Positions 19,759 through 29,265 of a stretch of DNA of 64,000 nucleotides are shown one piece after another. The stretch is from an uncultured Candidatus Saccharibacteria bacterium (lineage in GTDB: Bacteria > Patescibacteriota > Minisyncoccia > Phycocordibacterales > DAORIS01), in assembly GCA_964644035.1 (NCBI GenBank), contig CAZXUH010000001.1, positions 3,712-67,711 on the forward strand, given 5' to 3'. Each line of letters opens with the position of its first letter. The first letter of the stretch is position 1. The notes below the pieces were generated by a model. It saw only the letters and a list, made by a program, of their open reading frames with translations. It was not told the DNA's origin and did no database searches. The translations under genes and the position numbers were made by a program.

Positions 19759-20573
19759 ATCAATTAGATACTCCTATTTTACTGATAGCATTTAATCGTC
19801 CAAAAGAAACATTGGCAGTAATAGATGCGATTAGAAAGGTACAACCTAGAAAACTGTTTGTTGCTATCGATGCAGCACGTAATGGTAATGCCTATGACCA
19901 AGGTGCAGTGCAGGAAGTGAAAAATATTATTGATACAAAGATCGATTGGCAGTGCGAAGTAAAAAAGTTGTATCAGGAAAAAAATCTTGGTGGTGGATAT
20001 GGTCCTGCAGCAGGTATCACGTGGTTTTTTCAAAATGTAGAAGCGGGAATTGTTTTGGAAGATGATTGTGTAGCTACTGAAAGTTTCTTTAGATTTTGCC
20101 AAGAATTATTGCAAAAATATATAGATGAGGAAAAAATAATGCATATTAGCGGTAACAATTATCAAAAGGGCATACAGCGCGGTCCTTACTCGTATTATTT
20201 TTCGAAATATACTCACAATTGGGGTTGGGCGACCTGGAAGAGAGCGTGGCAGCATTTTGATCATACTCTGATACCAGAAAGAGAGCGTAGCCATGTCTGG
20301 GATATGGCCTGGGAAAAATCAGTCAGGAAAAATGGGGGATTTGGCATTATTCCGCAGGTTAATATGGTCAATAATATCGGTTTTGGTGAACATGCCACGC
20401 ATACGAGCCAAGTAAGCGATGTTGATTTTGGCGCTGCAGGTACAATGACATTCCCACTCAATCATCCGTCAAAAATCACATGGAATATTGCAGCCGATTA
20501 TTATACGTATACAAAACATTTCAACCGATCGCTCTTAAAATCCCTTTTTGCTAGAATCAAAAAATATCTTTAG
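19755..20573 (+). CDS. Nucleotide-diphospho-sugar transferase (GT-A fold)
   Basis: PILLIAFNRP, IVLEDDC, WGWATW.RAW, NIGFG..ATHT. Confidence 0.8.
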   Translation: MNQLDTPILLIAFNRPKETLAVIDAIRKVQPRKLFVAIDAARNGNAYDQGAVQEVKNIIDTKIDWQCEVKKLYQEKNLGGGYGPAAGITWFFQNVEAGIVLEDDCVATESFFRFCQELLQKYIDEEKIMHISGNNYQKGIQRGPYSYYFSKYTHNWGWATWKRAWQHFDHTLIPERERSHVWDMAWEKSVRKNGGFGIIPQVNMVNNIGFGEHATHTSQVSDVDFGAAGTMTFPLNHPSKITWNIAADYYTYTKHFNRSLLKSLFARIKKYL

Positions 20574-20578
20574 AAGAC

Positions 20579-21403
20579 ATGAATACAATTCCTACTTCAT
20601 ATACCAACGAACAGAGAAAGGACATATGTGCTGATCTGTTTAAGAAGTATAAAGAAAATGCTTTGCCTAAAAGAGATCAGGTTATTCCTAAAATCATTCA
20701 CCAGATTTGGCTTGGAAGTGAATTGCCTGAAGCGTATAAGCAGTGGGGAGTCACATTCAGAAAGTTCCATCCTGGTTGGGAATACAAACTCTGGACTGAA
20801 AAGGAAGTGCAGGATTTGAAAATGACCAATCGCGAGGCATATGAACAGACCAAAAATTTTGGCGCCAAGTCGGATTTTCTTCGATATGAAATTCTGTATC
20901 AATTTGGCGGCATGTATGCCGACACTGACTTTGAATGTACAGGTTCATTTGAGAAATTTCACAATACAACAGACTTATACGCGATTTTGCTCGACGACAC
21001 TGACAAACCGGTCATTTTGGCTGGTCTTTTTGGATCTATCCCCGGTCATCCTATTTTAAAAACATGTATTGAGAATATGAGCCAGCCGATCAATACCCGC
21101 GATGCCAATATGCAGGTTAAACTTGTCGATGGGCCGTATTTTACCGAATGCTTTCTCGCTTCATATCAAGAAGGTGGCTTTGCCAATGTGGTGTTGCCAT
21201 ACACCTATGCATATCCATTTCCTGCTGGTGAGCGTCATGTCAAAGATCGAGCCCATGTATTTTCTTTTGTAAAACCAGAAACGTTAGCCATTCATTATTG
21301 GGAAGTGAGCTGGCATCCAAAGATGAATATATTTCAAAAAATACTCCAAAAACTCTTACCTAAGCCTGTTAAGGAAAAAATAAAGAAATTCATAAAATAC
21401 TAA
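20579..21403 (+). CDS. GT32/OCH1-like DXD glycosyltransferase
   Basis: IPKIIHQIW, KSDFLRYEILYQFGGMYADTD. Confidence 0.85.
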   Translation: MNTIPTSYTNEQRKDICADLFKKYKENALPKRDQVIPKIIHQIWLGSELPEAYKQWGVTFRKFHPGWEYKLWTEKEVQDLKMTNREAYEQTKNFGAKSDFLRYEILYQFGGMYADTDFECTGSFEKFHNTTDLYAILLDDTDKPVILAGLFGSIPGHPILKTCIENMSQPINTRDANMQVKLVDGPYFTECFLASYQEGGFANVVLPYTYAYPFPAGERHVKDRAHVFSFVKPETLAIHYWEVSWHPKMNIFQKILQKLLPKPVKEKIKKFIKY

Positions 21404-21450
21404 GGCCAGCATGATAAAAAAGTGCTGATTTGCTATGATGCACTATACCT

Positions 21451-23130
21451 ATGGATAAAAAGACCGAGGATACCTACAAGGAAGAAGAATATACTAGGGA
21501 AATGAGGCCATATATGGCCTATTTTCAAGCCATCGAAGAGGTCTTCGATCTCTCGCTTATCGACAGCTTTGCCGACATGGGTTGCAACAATGGCCGTCTC
21601 ATGGAGGCATGGCATGACAAATATCCTGCAACCGATCTTTTTGGTATCGACTATTTCGACTGGTCAAAGCAGTATGCTGCTGCAAGTATCAAGGAAAAAG
21701 TGATCATTGGCGATCTCTCCAAGCCATATTCTTTTGGAAAGAAATACGATATCGTCAATTGTTCTGAAGTTGGAGAGCATATTGCCCGTGCAGCTGAAGA
21801 TCCTTTTATCGACAATCTTGCTGAAGCGACAGGAGATATTTTGTTGCTTACATGGTCAAACCAAGACAAAGATCACGATGGTCAACATCTCAATCCTCGT
21901 CCTCAGTCATATGTAATAAAAAAACTCGCTGAGCGTGGACTTGAATATTGGCAACCAGCGTCTAAAAAACTTTCAGCCGCACTCGGTATCAAGCTCGAGG
22001 GTATTGGATATCAGTGGTGGTCAAAGAATATTATGGTCTTCAAGCGAAAGCGCTTCGCCAGCGTTCATGGTCAGTACATGATTCAAAATATTTCGACTGA
22101 CAATGGCAGTCACAAGGAACATTTTCAAAAGAACAATCTCATCCCTGTGTCATTCCAAGAATCATTTATGAATCTCACGGGAGAAATCTTTAAGCGCGTC
22201 GATCAAAACAAAGGTATGTCTATTGTGCGTGCTAGTGACGGAGATTATTTCTTTCTTCGCAAAATTGCAGTCGGCAGTGCTAAGCCGGGCAAGAGAGCAT
22301 TGGTCAAAGGCTATGAACACCTCAATATGAATCTGTTCCGATCGATGCTCTGGCAGCACGATATTATTACACTCAATAGTGAAAGGAGAGAGCGTCGTTC
22401 ATGGATGAAGTTTATCGTTGTTGAATATGTTGAAAAAGTCATAAGCAAGATCATGCGTCGCCCAGTGCCTGCTATGCAAAATGGCAAACTAGCCTATGCT
22501 ATCGACCGAGCTCTCTTTCCAATCACTCTTTTGGGAATAATTCCATATATCAGCGCATGGCTCTTTTCTCTACGAAGAGGAAAGGATTATTTCAGGAAAG
22601 CCAAGGATATTATTTTCAACAATTCTATTCCAAGTGAAGCAGTCTATGCTCTAGTCGCTACAAAATGGGTCTTTAAGCATTTTAAAAATGAAATCGGTAT
22701 TATCGCTTCGTTAGAAAAGACCGACATTATAAAGGAATTGATGAAGCACGAAGAATATCGACGCTATGTTGGTGTCGATCAGTTTACCGATTATATTTCT
22801 GTACCAGCAAAAGGCGCAGCTGATGATGTGCTTGTGCTTAGCGAGAAACTCGGTGAGCAGATCAAAAATAGTAAAGCGAAACTATTCCTAGTAGGTGCAG
22901 GAAGTTCGAAACTCGCTCTCATGCCGTTGCTTAGGCATTATACCAATGCCGTCTTTATTGACGTCGGTGCTGGCATCGACGCGCTTGCGGGAATTGTTTC
23001 TCAAGACAGGCCGTATTTTGCGGAGTGGACCAATTTTAAGCTTAAAGACTACGATTACAGCAAGGTAGATTTCATGGATCAAGGCAATCCTGCTCGCAAT
23101 GATCCCAAATATAAAACTGTGATACTATAG
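21451..23130 (+). CDS. SAM-methyltransferase fused to a putative GT-D-like domain
   Basis: N-terminal DMGCNNG...YDIVNCSEVGEH; C-terminal SIVRASDGDY and FLVGAG...IDVGAGIDALAG. Confidence 0.6.
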   Translation: MDKKTEDTYKEEEYTREMRPYMAYFQAIEEVFDLSLIDSFADMGCNNGRLMEAWHDKYPATDLFGIDYFDWSKQYAAASIKEKVIIGDLSKPYSFGKKYDIVNCSEVGEHIARAAEDPFIDNLAEATGDILLLTWSNQDKDHDGQHLNPRPQSYVIKKLAERGLEYWQPASKKLSAALGIKLEGIGYQWWSKNIMVFKRKRFASVHGQYMIQNISTDNGSHKEHFQKNNLIPVSFQESFMNLTGEIFKRVDQNKGMSIVRASDGDYFFLRKIAVGSAKPGKRALVKGYEHLNMNLFRSMLWQHDIITLNSERRERRSWMKFIVVEYVEKVISKIMRRPVPAMQNGKLAYAIDRALFPITLLGIIPYISAWLFSLRRGKDYFRKAKDIIFNNSIPSEAVYALVATKWVFKHFKNEIGIIASLEKTDIIKELMKHEEYRRYVGVDQFTDYISVPAKGAADDVLVLSEKLGEQIKNSKAKLFLVGAGSSKLALMPLLRHYTNAVFIDVGAGIDALAGIVSQDRPYFAEWTNFKLKDYDYSKVDFMDQGNPARNDPKYKTVIL

Positions 23131-23136
23131 ACGCTT

Positions 23137-24264
23137 ATGGAAAATATACCTTTGTTCAGGCCATCCTACGACAATCGAGAACTCAATTCTCTCAAGGAAT
23201 CTTTCAAAAAAGGTTGGATAGGTCTTGGTCCAAAAACAAAAGAATTTGAAGACAAATTTGCTGCATATACGCATGCGGGGCAGGCTGTCGCTCTGAACTC
23301 TGCAACAGCAGCACTTCACCTGGCGCTCAGCCTTTTCAATATCAAGGGCAAAGAAGTGATCACTACTGCATTTACGTTTGTCTCTACCAACCACGCTATT
23401 CTCTACGAAGGTGGTATACCTGTCTTTTGCGATATCGAACCGGACACGCTCAATATCGATCCAAATAAAATCGAAGAACTTATTACCGACAAAACTGCGG
23501 GCATTATTTGCGTTGATTACGGTGGACATCCGTGCGATATCGACAAGATTCAGCAGATTGCCAAGAAGCACAAATTGTTTGTTATAGAAGACGCTGCGCA
23601 CTCATGCGGATCAAAATACAAAGGCAAGCCCGTCGGATCGGTTGCTGATCTTACAAGCTTTAGTTTTCACGCTGTCAAAAATCTTGCGACAGGGGATGGT
23701 GGCATGCTCACCATGGAAAATACAAAATGGGATGAAATCCTGCGCAAGCGCCGCTGGCTCGGTATCAATAAAAGCACGTTTGATCGTACGATTACCAAAG
23801 AAGGTTATCACTGGTACTACGATGTCGAAGAACTCGGCTTCAAATATCACATGAATGATATCAATGCATGTCTCGGTCTTGTGCAGCTTGAGAAACTCGA
23901 TGGACATATTGCTAAGAAAAGAAAGATAGCTGCTCAATATACAAAAGCTCTTGGCAAGCTTGGTTGGATAGAAACACCGGTGGAGAAAGCATATGCCTGG
24001 AGCTCGACACACAACTACGCTATTAAGGTAGATGAAAGACTGCGTGATGATTTGATTGCCCATATGATGAAAAATGGTGTCAGCGCCGGCATGCACTATA
24101 TTCCAAATCATCTCTATAAGATGTATAAGCCGTATTACAGAAAATTGCCTGTTGCCGAAGCGATGTGGAAAAAAGTTGTCTTGCTACCAATGTTCCCAAG
24201 TCTCAAACCAGCTGAGATCAAGCGTATTATTGATACGGTTAAGTCTTTTAAGCCTAAAAACTAG
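23137..24264 (+). CDS. DegT/DnrJ/EryC1/StrS PLP-dependent sugar aminotransferase
   Basis: NSATAALHLAL, IEDAAHS, SFHAVKNLATGDGG, GFKYHM. Confidence 0.93.
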   Translation: MENIPLFRPSYDNRELNSLKESFKKGWIGLGPKTKEFEDKFAAYTHAGQAVALNSATAALHLALSLFNIKGKEVITTAFTFVSTNHAILYEGGIPVFCDIEPDTLNIDPNKIEELITDKTAGIICVDYGGHPCDIDKIQQIAKKHKLFVIEDAAHSCGSKYKGKPVGSVADLTSFSFHAVKNLATGDGGMLTMENTKWDEILRKRRWLGINKSTFDRTITKEGYHWYYDVEELGFKYHMNDINACLGLVQLEKLDGHIAKKRKIAAQYTKALGKLGWIETPVEKAYAWSSTHNYAIKVDERLRDDLIAHMMKNGVSAGMHYIPNHLYKMYKPYYRKLPVAEAMWKKVVLLPMFPSLKPAEIKRIIDTVKSFKPKN

Positions 24265-24266
24265 TA

Positions 24267-24956
24267 ATGCAAAAGATTGTTTTTATATGTCTAGCAGCAT
24301 ATAGGATAGAATCATGGTCTGATGCCCAAAATTTCAATCGTCAGTCGGTCTATGCGATTGCTATGGAGAATCTTTTTAAAATAAGTCCAGAGGAAACCAA
24401 ATTTATCATTACCGACAATACTGTTTCAGATAAAAACGATGTTATAAAAGAACTTGCCGATCAGTTCGAGAATCCTAGAGTTATTAATACTGTTTTTATA
24501 AACAATAACGCTCTAGGTGCCAAAAATAAGGGTGCAGGTGAATATCAAATGTGTCAGGCAGTGGTAGAAAAACACAAAGCAGAACTCGAATCGGCAGATT
24601 GGGTGGTCTACTATACATCTCGTCAGATTATGAGCTTTCCAAAGATATTTGAAAGTATCAATTCCAATCCAGATGCAGATATTATTATTTCAAATCCCTC
24701 GTATCTTTTTTCAAATGGAAAAGAAAATATAGCCGCGGAGGGTAATTACAATGACATGCTCTTTGCAATGAAACCGCAGTCGTTTTTTGGATATGTCGCT
24801 TCTATGAATCCAGAAGAATTGGTTAAGAAAAAAATGAATAGCGAACAGAATCTCTTTGACTACGTCGGCGCTTCGTCTGATAAAAAGATCGTTGATATTC
24901 CACGTCTTGGAGTATTTAGGTTCAATTATGCTACCAATAAGATGGAAATAATCTAA
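24267..24956 (+). CDS. Hypothetical protein (possible divergent glycosyltransferase)
   Basis: 229 aa ORF in the operon; ITDN and NKGAGE motifs. Confidence 0.6.
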   Translation: MQKIVFICLAAYRIESWSDAQNFNRQSVYAIAMENLFKISPEETKFIITDNTVSDKNDVIKELADQFENPRVINTVFINNNALGAKNKGAGEYQMCQAVVEKHKAELESADWVVYYTSRQIMSFPKIFESINSNPDADIIISNPSYLFSNGKENIAAEGNYNDMLFAMKPQSFFGYVASMNPEELVKKKMNSEQNLFDYVGASSDKKIVDIPRLGVFRFNYATNKMEII

Positions 24957-24962
24957 ACTATA

Positions 24963-25403
24963 ATGAATTTCAAATTAAACATATCAAATATTCATTGGCA
25001 GGAAACAAATACACTAGATCCTTTTAAAGCTGATGCCAAAGTGTTATTTAATCAGGCAACCAAACCTTATTTTGATTACTATTTAGATAGAGTAAAACAG
25101 ATAGAGCAAAAGTTTAGTAATAATTCATTAGATCAGGGAAGTATTACCGCATTAACAATAAAAGAAATTAAATCATCATTTATTGCAAAAATAAGGAATC
25201 TTTTCTCATCAAAAAAACATATTCTTTATATTTCTGAACATGATGCAAAATATGAAATAGAGCCAATTTCTAAAAAAATTAGCACCATAGTAGAAAAGGG
25301 AAATTATAAAAAAGTTATCTTTGATATGAAGAGTTGGACAAAGATGATATATGGATACAGAATCTTTATGTCTTTACATGTTAATGTAGAGGAAATTATA
25401 TAA
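24963..25403 (+). CDS. Hypothetical protein, very AT-rich
   Basis: 146 aa ORF tightly packed between its neighbours. Confidence 0.55.
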   Translation: MNFKLNISNIHWQETNTLDPFKADAKVLFNQATKPYFDYYLDRVKQIEQKFSNNSLDQGSITALTIKEIKSSFIAKIRNLFSSKKHILYISEHDAKYEIEPISKKISTIVEKGNYKKVIFDMKSWTKMIYGYRIFMSLHVNVEEII

Positions 25404-25405
25404 AT

Positions 25406-25933
25406 ATGGCATTCAAATTTAAAAAGCATGAGTCTGTGGATATTCTAGTTATTGAAACTGACAAATATCGTGATGATCGGGGGTTTTTCACTGAGTTTTA
25501 TAAAAGCTCCGCTTTCAAGGAAATGGGTATACATAATTTCCCTCAAATAAATGTTTCTACTTCAAATAAAAATGTTATAAGGGGATTACATTATCAACGT
25601 GGCATCAAGGCTCAGGGCAAACTTGTTCGTGTCTTAAAGGGTAAAGTGCTCGACGCTGTTGTCGATATGCGCCCTGATTCTCCAAAATACAAACAGTGGG
25701 CGACAATAGAACTCAGCGATGAAAACGGTGTGTCGGTCTATGTACCACCAGGATTTGCTCACGGATTTTCAGTATTATCCGACGAGGCGGTATTTCTCTA
25801 TGCCTGCACGGAAGAATATGACCCTACTTCAGAAGGTGGTATCAGATATGACGATCCAACTCTTAATATAGACTGGAAGGTGAGTGATCCTATTGTTTCT
25901 GATAAAGATAAAAATCTTCCCTATCTTAAATAA
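25406..25933 (+). CDS. rfbC: dTDP-4-dehydrorhamnose 3,5-epimerase
   Basis: DDRGFFTE, RGLHYQ, QGKLVRV, VDMRPDSP, PPGFAHGF. Confidence 0.93.
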   Translation: MAFKFKKHESVDILVIETDKYRDDRGFFTEFYKSSAFKEMGIHNFPQINVSTSNKNVIRGLHYQRGIKAQGKLVRVLKGKVLDAVVDMRPDSPKYKQWATIELSDENGVSVYVPPGFAHGFSVLSDEAVFLYACTEEYDPTSEGGIRYDDPTLNIDWKVSDPIVSDKDKNLPYLK

Positions 25934-25957
25934 TTGCTAAATAATTGTCAGAATAAA

Positions 25958-26884
25958 ATGCAGCCGATTTTTTCAGTTATCATACCGACGTACAATGGCT
26001 CGCGTTTTATCGAGCAGACGATACGTTCGGTACTCAATCAAACTTTTTCAAATTTAGAATTAATAGTTGTAGATGATGGATCGACAGACAATACAGCATC
26101 TATTATTGAGAAACTTGCTTCAGAAGACAAAAGAATAATCCTAAAGAAAATTCCCAATTCCGGCGGTCCGACTATTCCTTCAAATCTTGGTATTTCTTTG
26201 GCCCAAGGAAAATACATTGCCTTTCTTGATCATGACGATGAATGGAAACAAGATAAACTTGAAAAAGTCTTAAAGGTGTTCGAAGAAAATAAAAAAATAG
26301 ATATAGTGTGCTCTGCTGTAGAGATTCTTCAAAATGAAACAGGAAAGAAACAGCTTTCTTCACTCAAGCGTCGTATCAATACAAAAACAGACATGCTCTC
26401 GGGTGCATATTTCAATACCTTCAGTATGATTGTGGTGAAAAAAGAAGTTTTTCAGTCGGTTGGAGTACTCGATACCAAACTACTTGTCTTTGGAGACTAT
26501 GAATTTATGGCTCGGTCTATTGCTGCAGATAAAGAAGTCTTTTTTATAGACGAACCCCTTGTTGTCTATCGCGTGCACGAAAATAATACTTCTTCTCTCC
26601 AAAAGAATATAGATCGTAGGGTTAGAGATCTCATGTATATTTTGTCGAGTCATGCTGACATTTACAACACTCATGCTCGAGCCAAAGCCGTAGTATTGCA
26701 GGCTATTGGACGACTCAATCTAGAAATGGGTAAAAAGTCTGAAGCTATAAGGTATTTTTGTAAGTCAGTACTGGCGTGGCCATTTACGATTAGGGGCTAT
26801 ATTAGGATCATTGTGGTATTGGCTGGAGGCAGGGTATATAAGAATATAGAACAGCTTGGCAAAGTCTTTATTTTGCTTGGATAG
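25958..26884 (+). CDS. Glycosyltransferase family 2
   Basis: SVIIPTYN, VVDDGSTD, FLDHDDEW. Confidence 0.9.
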   Translation: MQPIFSVIIPTYNGSRFIEQTIRSVLNQTFSNLELIVVDDGSTDNTASIIEKLASEDKRIILKKIPNSGGPTIPSNLGISLAQGKYIAFLDHDDEWKQDKLEKVLKVFEENKKIDIVCSAVEILQNETGKKQLSSLKRRINTKTDMLSGAYFNTFSMIVVKKEVFQSVGVLDTKLLVFGDYEFMARSIAADKEVFFIDEPLVVYRVHENNTSSLQKNIDRRVRDLMYILSSHADIYNTHARAKAVVLQAIGRLNLEMGKKSEAIRYFCKSVLAWPFTIRGYIRIIVVLAGGRVYKNIEQLGKVFILLG

Positions 26885-26905
26885 GCGTGTATACTTGAGC
26901 GTATT

Positions 26906-29143
26906 ATGAAAACATCCGATATGCTTAGGAATACGACGGCTTTTGTGCTTTTTTCGATATTGTTCGTGCCGCTTCTCTTTTCCAACCAGCATTTCTTTCC
27001 GTACATATCAGGCAAAAACTTTGCCTTTAGGATCCTTGTTGAAATCGCAGCTCTACTTTACGCTTTTCTTCTACTCAAAGACAATTCATATCGCCCTAAG
27101 CGAAGTATTATTCTGACCTCACTCTTTGCTTTTGTAGCAGTTATGGGTGCTGCAACAATCTTCAGCGAAAATGTGTATAAGAGCTTCTGGGGCAACTATG
27201 AGCGAATGGAAGGATTTATTACTGTTTTACATCTTGGTGTCTACGTTCTTCTATTGTCTGCAGTATTTGTAAAAGAAAAGACATGGGAATGGTTTTTTGA
27301 AATTTCTCTCTTTGCCAGTTTGATTGTCGGTGCCAATGCTATTCTTGACCTCAGAGAGGGAATTGGTCGTATCTATGGCTCTCTTGGCAACTCAACCTAT
27401 CTTGGTGTCTATGCTCTCGTACATATTTTCTTGGCAGCTCTGCTTTTATTTAAGCTGACGCAAGCTCCGCGCAATAAAGACTCATCATATTGGATGTCGT
27501 TCTACAAGTATATTGCTTTCATGATTTTCAATACCTATGTCATGTATCAGACAGGTACTCGAGGATCATTCGTCGGATTTGTAGCTGGTGTACTTGTTAT
27601 TTCAGCCCTCATTGCCTTCTTTGAAAAACAGAGAAAGACGCTTCGCAAAGTTGGTATTGCAATCCTTGCTACTACTATCGTTGTTATCGGTCTATTGGGA
27701 ATGACTAAGAATACAGAATTTGTCAGCACATCGCTTCTTGGTCGTTATGCTTCTCTTATTACTTTTGATCTTGGCAAAGTTGCCCGAGAACAGGGATTTG
27801 GCCGAACACTTATTTGGAATGTTGCACTTCAAGGAGTCAAAGAACGTCCAATTATTGGTTGGGGACAGGAGAGTTTCAATTATGTATTCAACAAATACTA
27901 CACTCCAGATTTGTACGGACAGGAACAGTGGTTTGACCGTGCACACAATGTATTCCTCGACTGGCTGATTGCTGGAGGTATTCTTGGTCTGCTTGCCTAT
28001 CTTTCTTTGTATGCAGCGCTGCTGTGGTCTGTGTGGAAATCAAAAGCAGATCATTTAGGTGTACCAGCCAAAGCGATTATTACTGGTCTGGTCGTCGCTT
28101 ATTTCATTCACAATATTTTCGTCTTCGACAACTTAGCGAGCTATATTCTCTTCTTTGCTATCTTGGCCTATGGGCATCATTTGGTCACAGACAGACAGGT
28201 AAAAGGAGTAGCTGCTCGACGCGAAGTATATTACTTGGTTGGCAGCATTGCAGTTATTGTCTTCGCATTTGTCATGTATATGGGCAATTTGAAACCATAC
28301 AATGCCAATGTCACTCTTCTCAATGCATTGCAGTATCAGGCAGAATTTAGCACTCAAGGTAGTCCACGATACAACAACACTGCTGCACTTCAGGATTCGT
28401 ATGATTCGTATGTAAAAGTCTTCAATTCAAATACCTTTGCATCAACAGAAGCTCGCGAGCAAATCGCTGTTGGTGCACAGACGGTATTTACTGCTGCTCC
28501 TACAGAACTTCGCCAAAAGGTTATGGATCTGACCGATGCTGAATTTAAAAAGCAGTTTGCAATGACACCAGACGATGCGCGATATTATTCTATCTATGGT
28601 ACATATCTTTCGAGAACAGGACGACTTGATGAAAGTATTGTAGTGATTCGCAGGGCAGAAGAACTTTCTCCTGGCAAACAGACATTTTATTTTGATGAAG
28701 CAATTGCTCTCATAAATAAAGGTTCATTCCAAGAAGCATATACACTGTTGCAAAAGACCTATGAAATGGCTACTTCAAATCCAATGGCCCAATCTATGCT
28801 TGCTCTCGGTGCTGTCTATGCACGACAAGATGCGGTATTTGAGGAATTGCTCAAAACCAATCCCAATCTAATCACCGATCCAAGAGTCATACAGGCGTAT
28901 ATTGTCACCAAGCAATTCCAAAAAGTCATTCCAATCATTGAAAATTATATATCTCTACAGCCACAAGTATCTCCCGACACGATTCTCTACCTTGCAGCAG
29001 CGTATCTTGAGAGTGGCAATCGTACAAAAGCATTGGCAATCCTCGCCGATATGAAGACAAAGACGACCGATGCCAATCTTGTTGCCGAAATTCAGTATTA
29101 TGAAGACTTGATCAAGAAAGGTGCGACAACAATGCTTCAATAG
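26906..29143 (+). CDS. O-antigen ligase (Wzy_C)-family membrane protein with C-terminal TPR-like helices
   Basis: Many TM segments, GSLGNSTY, TGTRG, RPIIGWG.E.F, DRAHN.FLD; helical repeat C-terminus. Confidence 0.85.
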   Translation: MKTSDMLRNTTAFVLFSILFVPLLFSNQHFFPYISGKNFAFRILVEIAALLYAFLLLKDNSYRPKRSIILTSLFAFVAVMGAATIFSENVYKSFWGNYERMEGFITVLHLGVYVLLLSAVFVKEKTWEWFFEISLFASLIVGANAILDLREGIGRIYGSLGNSTYLGVYALVHIFLAALLLFKLTQAPRNKDSSYWMSFYKYIAFMIFNTYVMYQTGTRGSFVGFVAGVLVISALIAFFEKQRKTLRKVGIAILATTIVVIGLLGMTKNTEFVSTSLLGRYASLITFDLGKVAREQGFGRTLIWNVALQGVKERPIIGWGQESFNYVFNKYYTPDLYGQEQWFDRAHNVFLDWLIAGGILGLLAYLSLYAALLWSVWKSKADHLGVPAKAIITGLVVAYFIHNIFVFDNLASYILFFAILAYGHHLVTDRQVKGVAARREVYYLVGSIAVIVFAFVMYMGNLKPYNANVTLLNALQYQAEFSTQGSPRYNNTAALQDSYDSYVKVFNSNTFASTEAREQIAVGAQTVFTAAPTELRQKVMDLTDAEFKKQFAMTPDDARYYSIYGTYLSRTGRLDESIVVIRRAEELSPGKQTFYFDEAIALINKGSFQEAYTLLQKTYEMATSNPMAQSMLALGAVYARQDAVFEELLKTNPNLITDPRVIQAYIVTKQFQKVIPIIENYISLQPQVSPDTILYLAAAYLESGNRTKALAILADMKTKTTDANLVAEIQYYEDLIKKGATTMLQ

Positions 29144-29157
29144 AGGTTCTAGAGAGC

Positions 29158-29186
29158 TTGCATTTTAGAAAGATTTCATATATACT
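29158..29186 (+). promoter_or_regulatory. Sigma70-type promoter TTGCAT-17-TATACT
   Basis: Hexamers and spacing; spacer shares a 20-mer with the promoter at 60020. Confidence 0.7.
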
Positions 29187-29190
29187 ATTG

Positions 29191-29265
29191 GTATGTGAGT
29201 GCTATCAAATCGTTAGCACTAGCAAATGTAAGCACATAGCCCTCGCAAGAGGGCTTTTGTGTTTC
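29191..29265 (+). ncRNA. Candidate ~70 nt structured small RNA or attenuated leader
   Basis: Promoter upstream, AGTGCTA/TAGCACT hairpin, terminator AGCCCTC-GCAA-GAGGGCT followed by T-rich sequence. Confidence 0.4.

Noticed and set aside
29197-29220. GAGTGCTA...TTAGCACT resembles CIRCE
   Set aside because: Half-sites are in the reverse order of TTAGCACTC-N9-GAGTGCTAA and no chaperone gene is adjacent
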